Positions 48,877 through 56,484 of a stretch of 64,000 nucleotides of DNA are shown piece after piece (the stretch's first letter is position 1; every line of letters starts with the position of its first letter). The translations under genes were made by a program, and so were the position numbers. Below the pieces are notes generated by a model. It did no database searches, was not told the DNA's origin, and saw only the letters and a program-made list of their open reading frames with translations. The stretch is taken from IMG/VR virus record IMGVR_UViG_3300044646_001937, positions 140,455 through 204,454 of that record; one strand, given 5' to 3'.

Positions 48877-49776
48877 ATGGAACAGGTAATTGATTGGTTA
48901 AATGAAAATGAAAATAGAGCCTACCCGCTACTTGATAACTACCCTAAAATTGGTCAAGTAGAAGGCTCGGATGTAGACATACCTGAAAACTTATTACTAG
49001 ACCTTCAGCTAATAACATCGCTAAGCCTATCTGCAACCTCAAATGTACTTTTAAAAAATATCAGCTATTCATTAACTGACAACAATTCTACTGTAACCTT
49101 TGGTACAGCCGAAAACACGATCACCGAGTTCATAATAACTGATTTTAACCAACAAACATATCCATTATATGTAAGGAATACAGATGGCTGCCTTGCTGTG
49201 TTTGGTCCAGGACTGTATACATTAAGCTTGGTGGCACCTCCAGACGCTAGTATAGTAACAAATATCCCAATAGAACCCAGCCTATGTACACAGTTTAACG
49301 ACGCTTGGTTAGGAGTAAACAAATTAAGTACATCTCCAGAAAAGGTTACAAATTTAGGCTCTTTAAATGTAACTCTCCCTCTGCAAAAAATATTGGAAAA
49401 TTCGATACACGAGCTTACTGGGGATATAACATTTGCAGAGGGTTATAACTTCTACGTAAGTATTTTTGAAAATCTAATTGACCTGGGTGTTGGTCGAGAT
49501 TATGGTTTAAAAGTGAGCTGCGATACATTTTTCCTAGATGAAGTCTACCTTGATTGTGACGAAATTGTGTCATATATAAACGGTGTGCCTCCTGACGAAA
49601 ATGGTAACTTTAAGCTTGAAGCAGGAACAAATATCTCAATTACTCCAGGTATAAATATATCTGAGACTTTTGTGGATAATTTTCTTGAAGACGCTAACGC
49701 TCATTCCCTATTCGTAGGCATGAACTTCTCAGCGGAAGATATTTGCGCTCCATTAAAATTAAGACCAAGCCGATAG
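48877..49776 (+). CDS. Paralogue family member 5
   Basis: IDWLNENENRAYP and YINGVPPDENGN motifs; 299 aa. Confidence 0.7.
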   Translation: MEQVIDWLNENENRAYPLLDNYPKIGQVEGSDVDIPENLLLDLQLITSLSLSATSNVLLKNISYSLTDNNSTVTFGTAENTITEFIITDFNQQTYPLYVRNTDGCLAVFGPGLYTLSLVAPPDASIVTNIPIEPSLCTQFNDAWLGVNKLSTSPEKVTNLGSLNVTLPLQKILENSIHELTGDITFAEGYNFYVSIFENLIDLGVGRDYGLKVSCDTFFLDEVYLDCDEIVSYINGVPPDENGNFKLEAGTNISITPGINISETFVDNFLEDANAHSLFVGMNFSAEDICAPLKLRPSR

Positions 49777-49780
49777 TAAT

Positions 49781-50107
49781 ATGCAAAACACAAACAATAA
49801 AAGACTAGTGCTAACAAGCGTTAATCAGGTAATTACATTGTTTAAATCGAATCCACAGCTTGCAGAGCAGATGCCCAGGTTTAAGCAGATCACAGAGATG
49901 CCGTTAAGCACAACCCCCAAAAAGTCCTGCAATTGCGGAGCCAAGCAAAATTTCGTCACACCTGACGCAAATAAGCAAACAGCAGAGAATATTCTCTCAT
50001 CAATGGTTACATCAGATTTTTTAAAGATTAAAAGTATTTTAGAGCTCAATCAATTGTGCTATTATAAGAGAGGTGACAAAGGCGCACTTGATCTTATCTG
50101 TGTATGA
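49781..50107 (+). CDS. Hypothetical protein with CxC motif
   Basis: 108 aa, KKSCNCG; coupled to the next ORF. Confidence 0.6.
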   Translation: MQNTNNKRLVLTSVNQVITLFKSNPQLAEQMPRFKQITEMPLSTTPKKSCNCGAKQNFVTPDANKQTAENILSSMVTSDFLKIKSILELNQLCYYKRGDKGALDLICV

Positions 50108-50799
50108 CAAACAACATCCATAATATTCCTCAGTTTTTTACAGTAGACGCAAAAGGTGACGCCCAGGCTGCGTACAGTGAACTTTTTGATGGTTATGAAG
50201 TCACTAAAGAGTCAAGAATCACACCTAGGGTAAATAATAGCCATGAAAAGACTCCAGCTGTCCGAGCAATAGGAGTTCCAGGGATTCCTTTTGAAAGAGG
50301 AGAACCTAACCCAGATGTTTTCTATCAAGGTGAGGATATAGTGTATGATCTGTATCTTTATTTTGACGGCGCACCTGTGTCTGTAGCTGACTATGATATT
50401 ATGGTAATGGTAAAGGCCAGCCCAAGAGCTTTTACGGTAGTATGGGAAGGTAAGCTAGATTCAGGTATATACCCTATTCAAAATGCTCCAGGTTTATTTG
50501 AAGTTTGGATACCCTCAAGCGCAACAGAGCAATTGCGTGCAGGTACATATCACATCGAGGTACAGTTGGTAGAATCTTTAGCTAGAGGCAAAGGTAGACA
50601 TGATAGAAAACATGTATTACTCCAACACGTATTCAATATTGACTATAGTACATTCTCCACAAAACCTGAAACAAGGTCAGCACTGGGCGAAAAACTTACC
50701 AGAGAGGGAGTAGAGGCTACCTGGCCTAACAGCCCTGATACTGTAGGTAAGTTTATAGGTGGAGAAGGGCAGAGCAGTGGCATGCCATCCAAAATGTAA
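50104..50799 (+). CDS. Ig-like (BppU-N-type) structural protein
   Basis: GEDIVYDLYL...GLFEVWIPSSATEQLRAGTYHIEVQL resembles baseplate-upper-protein Ig-like domains. Confidence 0.45.
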   Translation: MTNNIHNIPQFFTVDAKGDAQAAYSELFDGYEVTKESRITPRVNNSHEKTPAVRAIGVPGIPFERGEPNPDVFYQGEDIVYDLYLYFDGAPVSVADYDIMVMVKASPRAFTVVWEGKLDSGIYPIQNAPGLFEVWIPSSATEQLRAGTYHIEVQLVESLARGKGRHDRKHVLLQHVFNIDYSTFSTKPETRSALGEKLTREGVEATWPNSPDTVGKFIGGEGQSSGMPSKM

Positions 50800-50831
50800 A
50801 TAGCCTTTAGTTTATGGTATAATATATTGCA

Positions 50832-51044
50832 ATGGTGCTAATTAGCTATCACCAGCGTAATATAACCATGAATATACATACACTAAGAAACCTCATACCG
50901 TCACTGGATGAGTTATCCATAAAGGATATAGACGCGCTACATGAAGCGTTGGTAGAGTACGTAGCTTCAAAAGAGGCCACGATCAAACGCATCAGGCTTG
51001 TTCAGCATGATGGCAGAAAAGATCTTCACCCTGTTACAAAATGA
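50832..51044 (+). CDS. Small hypothetical protein
   Basis: 70 aa (or 57 aa from ATG 50871); TGgTATAAT just upstream; overlaps the next start. Confidence 0.5.
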   Translation: MVLISYHQRNITMNIHTLRNLIPSLDELSIKDIDALHEALVEYVASKEATIKRIRLVQHDGRKDLHPVTK

Positions 51045-51325
51045 ACTATACCAAAGCTTCCTACATAATAGGACTTATTACTGTCGGTATAGTTTTTTAC
51101 ACCTTGGGTTATACCCATGGGGTAAAGAAAGCCGAGCAGGGCTGGAGACTTAGGCTTATTGCCGCAGACTTTGCGGAATACAATAAGCGCACCGGGGACT
51201 GGGAACTTCGCTCTATGGATGACGTCGTGACAAGCGGCCTCATCCTAGGGAAAGGAAAACTTCCATCACCCCCAGCAGCAGATCCCAAGATAGAACCATC
51301 ACTATTGATCCGCAATCGGAAATAG
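51041..51325 (+). CDS. Small membrane-anchored hypothetical protein
   Basis: 94 aa with an N-terminal hydrophobic helix (YIIGLITVGIVFYTLGY). Confidence 0.6.
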   Translation: MNYTKASYIIGLITVGIVFYTLGYTHGVKKAEQGWRLRLIAADFAEYNKRTGDWELRSMDDVVTSGLILGKGKLPSPPAADPKIEPSLLIRNRK

Positions 51326-51334
51326 TGGTATAAT
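51305..51334 (+). promoter_or_regulatory. Sigma-70-type promoter for tmRNA (extended -10)
   Basis: TTGATC (51305-51310), 18-nt spacer, TGgTATAAT (51326-51334), 24 nt before the mature 5' end. Confidence 0.65.
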
Positions 51335-51358
51335 ATCTTGAGATCATTTTAGTTTTTA

Positions 51359-51757
51359 GGGGGTGAACCGGTTTCGACTGTGTATGAGCCCCTGCAGCAG
51401 CATGTAGAGGAAGCCTGGTTGGCCTCTTAAAAAATCTAGGTAAAATAAACGCAAAGTCTGAATTTGACTTCGCCCCTTCGGTAGCAGAAGCGGATGCATT
51501 CCTCAAGGCCGCCGGCTTTGTGGATGCTGAGCTCCTCGCTGCATAAGGTACAGACTGGATGCTATTAAAAGTCTGTAAATGTTAGTAGCTGGTGCTTGAA
51601 GAAAAGAATTGCCGCTCAAGCAGAACAAATAACAATTCAAGAGAATGCGTACAGTTTGTCTTCCGACGATACGCATTCTTACAAAAGGAAGGCTAAGCAT
51701 GTAGACGCTGTAGGATAAGTATACAGGACAGGGGTTCGACTCCCCTCACCTCCACCA
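51359..51757 (+). ncRNA. ssrA: tmRNA (transfer-messenger RNA), 399 nt
   Basis: 5' GGGGGTGAACCGGTTTCGAC and 3' GGACAGGGGTTCGACTCCCCTCACCTCCACCA with encoded CCA. 7-bp acceptor stem with G3-U70. Pseudoknot 1 is AGAGG/CCTCT + CCTGG/CTAGG, helix 2 is CCTGCAGC/GCTGTAGG. Tag ORF 51451-51546 ends LLAA-TAA. Confidence 0.95.
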
Positions 51758-51784
51758 CTTTGGTGTTGGTCTGTGTTATGGTTG

Positions 51785-51821
51785 CCTCCCTCACTGTGCT
51801 GCGGCATGGTGGGGGAGGTTT
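51785..51821. terminator. GC-rich hairpin between tmRNA and the convergent - strand ORF
   Basis: CCTCCCTCACTGTGC-tgcg-GCATGGTGGGGGAGG: 15 bp with three G-U pairs, followed by TTT. Confidence 0.65.
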
Positions 51822-51840
51822 AACACAATAGATCATTTCT

Positions 51841-53118
51841 TTACCTATCAGCAACTATCTTAATATTGTGACACGTAAGCTGGATCATTGTGATCAGCTG
51901 TCTCACATATTTTTCATTGATGAAGGGAATACCTAGCCCAAGACTCAAAAACATCTTTCTGACTCCTTTGGTAAATAGATGGCATGACATAAAGTATTTG
52001 TCCTCCATCTCAAAAGGAACAGCATGCTCCTCAAAATAGATCATTCCGCACCATATGAATTCGTCTTCACTTTTTTTGCGGATCTCGTTAATATCCAGAG
52101 TAAAGTTGGTAAGCTGTTCTTCTTCATTCTTTTTGATCAAGAAGTAGGCCTTGTCTCGTTTGACATAGGTTTTTCCCTGTACGTTAAACTGCTGCTCCCT
52201 GGATTTCATCCAGGAGGGCAGCAATACTTGACCACTTCTTTTTTCTAGCTCTTGGACTTGATGGTATTTAAGCATGGGTACATGATTACGCAGGTCATCC
52301 GTACCCTGCTTACCTATCATAAGATCTGTGATATCATCACTAAACTTAGAATTAGCTGCCTCGCTCCATATCTTGATAAGCTGCTCTGTACCTACCATGT
52401 CAGATATTTTTACAGGGCTAGTATTCCAATAGTCGTTCTTATAGTTCCATGTATTCCCTTGCTTAACTTTAAGCTCATTCATATCCCTGACAATCTCTAC
52501 TCCAGTTTTACCATACCAGCCGTACTCGCCATTTATAAAGATAGTCTCACGCTGGTTGAGGTCTGTAAGTCTAGCCATCTCTAGCGAGCATATATGCTTT
52601 GGAGACGCAAAGGTGGGAATCACCACAGTTTTCTTATACTTATACTTTTTATCAAGATCAAGTTGCGGGAAATTACTAAGTACTTTCTCGGTTAGATAGC
52701 CAAACTTATTATTAATTAGTTCAGGCATACCTATATCCTCAAGCATATTCTTAAAGTACACAACCTTGTCATGCTGTCTAGCCCTGGCTGTTTGAGCTTC
52801 CTGCACACTCATTACCCAGGCAGACTGATAAAGCATTATTCTAGTTTGATTCTTATATAGGGTTTTTTCCGCATATTCGCTGTATGGTAGCTTGAAGTCA
52901 AAGCAGTCTGAGAAATCTCTGCAAATGATTCCATACAACCTAGACCATTCGGATACGGGGAAAAAATCAAATATGTTACCCACAAAATCACTAACTTTCG
53001 ACTTGGCGTACCAGCCAAACAGAGGTAATCTTACAAATTCATACTCTGAAGTATTAGCCCCAAGCTTAGAAACTACGCTGGGTAGGTTTATTTTAGAATT
53101 GAAACTATTTAACAACAT
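51841..53118 (-). CDS. Hypothetical protein, possibly a degenerate DnaG/primase-like DNA-binding protein
   Basis: Long ORF; ATG 53118 is chosen because the longer start overlaps the divergent gene. The layout resembles a primase (N-terminal INLPSVVSKLG..., VVIPTF...), but there are no Zn-finger Cys and no clear TOPRIM acidic motif. Confidence 0.6.
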   Translation of the reverse strand: MLLNSFNSKINLPSVVSKLGANTSEYEFVRLPLFGWYAKSKVSDFVGNIFDFFPVSEWSRLYGIICRDFSDCFDFKLPYSEYAEKTLYKNQTRIMLYQSAWVMSVQEAQTARARQHDKVVYFKNMLEDIGMPELINNKFGYLTEKVLSNFPQLDLDKKYKYKKTVVIPTFASPKHICSLEMARLTDLNQRETIFINGEYGWYGKTGVEIVRDMNELKVKQGNTWNYKNDYWNTSPVKISDMVGTEQLIKIWSEAANSKFSDDITDLMIGKQGTDDLRNHVPMLKYHQVQELEKRSGQVLLPSWMKSREQQFNVQGKTYVKRDKAYFLIKKNEEEQLTNFTLDINEIRKKSEDEFIWCGMIYFEEHAVPFEMEDKYFMSCHLFTKGVRKMFLSLGLGIPFINEKYVRQLITMIQLTCHNIKIVADR

Positions 53119-53136
53119 TGTATAATGGAATGAATT

Positions 53137-54198
53137 ATGAGTTACAAAATTGCATTTGACCAACAATCAGATTTTTCAGGCAAAGAATTGTTCAATCTCT
53201 CTAGAGGAGTTGATTTGCCTGAGTATGTTAAAACAGCCGAAGTTGAAGATGCATACGAGCTTTCAGCCCTACCTAAAACCGCCTTTGCGGATCCTGACAG
53301 GGGCATATATCCTGTCAATACTGCAGCTAGGGTGTATGTGTCTAACATGTATTTCATGGATAAAAAAGCTTCTATTAAGAAGTTATACGGGGACGACTAC
53401 ACTAGTCAACTGGAAAATAATATTAAGCAAGCCGCAGAAATCTTTGGAATCTCTGAGGATTTGGTAGATTTTGAAAAGTCCAAAAATATCAAGGAAGCTT
53501 CAGACTATAGTGAAAGACATATGGTCGACTTCAATGTTCCTGGAATGACCGAACCAGTTCAACTGTACCCCATCAAGACAGCCAGCGACCTATCAGATTC
53601 CGCTCAGCATTTTGCAAACAATATCAAAAACTTCCCATTTGATGTACGCATCAAGAGCGCTGAAAATTTTGTAGAGGCAGCTAAAGAACTAGCTGTGGAT
53701 GAACTTCCTGATATTGTTATGAAATACGCAGGATTATATTACCCAGAGATCGAGCATATGGCAGAGGAGCTCTGGCGCAGAAGCACAAAGCTAGCCAACG
53801 AAGATCACAAGGCTATCTATAGTGCAATGGCTGACGATATTGAGAACATCACAAACATCTCAGACGTAATGAAGATTGCCGAGACATGCTTCCATGTAGA
53901 GAATATGGAAGGATTGTACGACAAGACAAAGGTGGCTGAACTGCTAGGAGATCCTGTGGATAGGTTCTTTACAGCACCAATTCAGAAAATTGCGCAAGAC
54001 CTGAGCTTTGTGGAAGTGCATGGAGACAAGTACAAGCTAGCCGATCTTACAAAGATCAGCAAGGATAAGTACGAAGAAGCATTTGGAGACTGCGGGATTG
54101 ATCCTGCAGACCCTGTAAAGATTGCAGATATTCTCCCCACCATGCCCAGAAGCGATGTAAAGCTTCTTGAGGAAATCACAGGGTTGAGGCCTATCTAA
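53137..54198 (+). CDS. Acidic, probably head-associated protein with duplicated YP(I/V)xTA motif
   Basis: 353 aa; LPKTAFADPDRGIYPVNTAARV and QLYPIKTASDL. It has its own promoter (TTGAAA 53099-53104 / TATAAT 53121-53126) and terminator. The head role is inference. Confidence 0.65.
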   Translation: MSYKIAFDQQSDFSGKELFNLSRGVDLPEYVKTAEVEDAYELSALPKTAFADPDRGIYPVNTAARVYVSNMYFMDKKASIKKLYGDDYTSQLENNIKQAAEIFGISEDLVDFEKSKNIKEASDYSERHMVDFNVPGMTEPVQLYPIKTASDLSDSAQHFANNIKNFPFDVRIKSAENFVEAAKELAVDELPDIVMKYAGLYYPEIEHMAEELWRRSTKLANEDHKAIYSAMADDIENITNISDVMKIAETCFHVENMEGLYDKTKVAELLGDPVDRFFTAPIQKIAQDLSFVEVHGDKYKLADLTKISKDKYEEAFGDCGIDPADPVKIADILPTMPRSDVKLLEEITGLRPI

Positions 54199-54233
54199 TT
54201 AACAAACTTAAACAAACTAAAATTAAATAACAG

Positions 54234-54265
54234 CCCGCCAAGCTACAACTTGGCGGGTTTCTTTT
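54234..54265 (+). terminator. Rho-independent terminator
   Basis: CCCGCCAAG-ctacaa-CTTGGCGGG followed by TTTCTTTT. Confidence 0.85.
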
Positions 54266-54829
54266 ATGTCAACATATACAGAAGAAGACGTACATGTAGA
54301 GTGGGTGCCTGGAGGCAAACACCATAAGAAAAGGAAAAGCCTACCGTTACTTAATTCTCCGGAAGAGTTTTTTAATAACGCACTAAGAGGAAATAAAGCT
54401 ATAATTGTTAAAGCTTTCAATATAAGGAAAAGTAAATCTAGTATATCTCGATATACTATAAATCTAATTGTAGGCTATAGGCAGGATTTTGAGTTTAAGG
54501 ACCCCAAAATATTCATAAACCATTGGAGGTTGTGGCCATATGCTACTCCTCCGGAAGAGACTATGATTGCTTCTAGGTACCTGCCGGCACCATTCAGCAA
54601 TATTCACGCAATTCTACCTTGCAGTAAATTTAGCCATAACGAATCGCCTGTATCAAAGTACCTTAGAGCACCTAGAGTAAGTTTATTTCCCAGATATGGT
54701 GAGGAGTACATATATAATCTTGACGCTAGTATTAACTCAGATGATCTTGCTTCTTGGATGACTATAGTTAATCTGGCTGTTCAGAAAGTTCACAAACAGT
54801 TTGTGGATGAGAACGGTGAGATTGTATAA
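54266..54829 (+). CDS. Hypothetical protein
   Basis: 187-aa ORF with protein-like composition. Confidence 0.65.
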   Translation: MSTYTEEDVHVEWVPGGKHHKKRKSLPLLNSPEEFFNNALRGNKAIIVKAFNIRKSKSSISRYTINLIVGYRQDFEFKDPKIFINHWRLWPYATPPEETMIASRYLPAPFSNIHAILPCSKFSHNESPVSKYLRAPRVSLFPRYGEEYIYNLDASINSDDLASWMTIVNLAVQKVHKQFVDENGEIV

Positions 54830-54836
54830 TGCCTAT

Positions 54837-55385
54837 ATGAAGAGTAAAAAACAAATATTGAAAGATGAGAAAGCTCCTGTTCTTGTACTTATAGCCCTGA
54901 TCGCTAAAGAATATGGCGAAGAGTGTTACCACTGGGAGCCTCTTGTTTTAAAAGCAGAATTACAGGAAGATTTTGAAGTAGAGTTGTCGGACCTGCAATC
55001 AGATAAAATACAGGCAGGTATTACAATCCTGACTACAGATCAGTACGAAACAAACGTACCTGTTTTTGAAACTCTCAACTATCTGCTAAACAATCAGCCT
55101 GACGATCTGGAAGATTTTAATCCACTAGAACCTGAAGAGCTGATTTGCGGACTGACTGAAGCATATTTGATTAGAGGTGAAAAATTAGACTTTTCTCCTG
55201 AAGTTAGAGTTTATGCTGGCCTGGTCTTCCATGAATATGGTATGCATAAGCCTCCTACATTGTTTCCAGAAGCAATCATGAAAGAGCGTGAAGGAAACGA
55301 TGACTCAAAGAACGAGGCTCTGCAGGAGCTGTTTGATGAAAAAATTAAACTTATTAAGAAATACCTAGACAATGCACAGCTATAA
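54837..55385 (+). CDS. Hypothetical acidic helical protein
   Basis: ATG 54837 lies 6 nt after TATAAT (54825-54830) and avoids overlap with the upstream ORF; ~182 aa. Confidence 0.7.
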   Translation: MKSKKQILKDEKAPVLVLIALIAKEYGEECYHWEPLVLKAELQEDFEVELSDLQSDKIQAGITILTTDQYETNVPVFETLNYLLNNQPDDLEDFNPLEPEELICGLTEAYLIRGEKLDFSPEVRVYAGLVFHEYGMHKPPTLFPEAIMKEREGNDDSKNEALQELFDEKIKLIKKYLDNAQL

Positions 55386-56484
55386 TACACTTCTTGCAAA
55401 TATTTATGAAAAGCCTAACGCTAAAAGGCTAGAGCATCTGTATAACATACTTTTTGAAACCATACCCACTACAGTAACCTTTTCTGATAACTTTGAGATA
55501 GATTCTCTGAAAGCCCTCGAAGAGCACTTTGACATCTTTACAAGTGATATAACGGTGGTAGGGTCTAGGCTTGTAGAAGAAAACGTGTGGGTAGGTAAGA
55601 AGGGTACTTATAGAGATATACTGCTACATTCTTCGTATAGATCCCCTGACGGAGATCATCCTATGCTGGGTGCAGTATACGGCAACAGTGTTAAAAAAGA
55701 AGATATCGACAGTATGCACGTAAGCGTTAGAGCTGCGTGCAAAGACAGAGAAGAGGCCAAACGGTTATGCGATCTTTTGTTGCCGTTTAAACTGCAACTT
55801 AAGAATAAGATCTACATGCTTACAGCTAGTTATGGAGAGCTCAGTTTGTCTCCGCTACCCACAATGGACGTTAATAGCAATTTAGCTCTAAACTATGGTT
55901 CAGAGTTTGAAGCTTTCCATGAAAAGATTATGGATAGCCTTAAAACAAAGACATCTGGACTGTATCTGTTCAGTGGGCCTCCAGGCACAGGCAAGTCATC
56001 CTACATCAAATATCTCACAACATGCGATATTGGACGTAAGATAGTATACATCCCAGGAGGCATGATTGAGCAGCTAGTCTCTCCCGAAATGGTTCCATTG
56101 CTAGTCGAGAACAAGAATATTATTCTAGTTATCGAGGACGCTGAAAAAGCTCTAATTTCTAGAGAGGTATCAGCAAACACAGATATGGTGCAGACTGTAC
56201 TCAACCTTACGTCAGGCTTCCTTGGAGATGCTGCCAATGTATCCATCATTGCCACATTCAATACATCTAAAGATAACATTGATTCGGCACTATTGCGTAA
56301 AGGTAGGTTAAAGCTCAGCTATGAGTTTGATAAGCTTTCGCTAGATGACACTATTAAACTGGCGGAATCTCTTGGATTAAATACCTCCGGAATTACCGAA
56401 GGCATGACTCTTGCAGATATTTATCACATGGAAGAGCAACCAGGATATGAGAAGCCTGAAGAAAAGCGCGTAGGGTTCTTCTAA
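55372..56484 (+). CDS. AAA+ ATPase (single domain, BCS1-like architecture)
   Basis: Walker A GPPGTGKS, Walker B ILVIEDAE, sensor-1 IIATFN, arginine finger ALLRKGRL. Confidence 0.9.
   Translation: MHSYNTLLANIYEKPNAKRLEHLYNILFETIPTTVTFSDNFEIDSLKALEEHFDIFTSDITVVGSRLVEENVWVGKKGTYRDILLHSSYRSPDGDHPMLGAVYGNSVKKEDIDSMHVSVRAACKDREEAKRLCDLLLPFKLQLKNKIYMLTASYGELSLSPLPTMDVNSNLALNYGSEFEAFHEKIMDSLKTKTSGLYLFSGPPGTGKSSYIKYLTTCDIGRKIVYIPGGMIEQLVSPEMVPLLVENKNIILVIEDAEKALISREVSANTDMVQTVLNLTSGFLGDAANVSIIATFNTSKDNIDSALLRKGRLKLSYEFDKLSLDDTIKLAESLGLNTSGITEGMTLADIYHMEEQPGYEKPEEKRVGFF

Noticed and set aside
51726-51757. Stand-alone tRNA (T-arm plus CCA)
   Set aside because: This is the 3' half of the tmRNA tRNA-like domain and pairs with 51359-51365; there is no anticodon arm.
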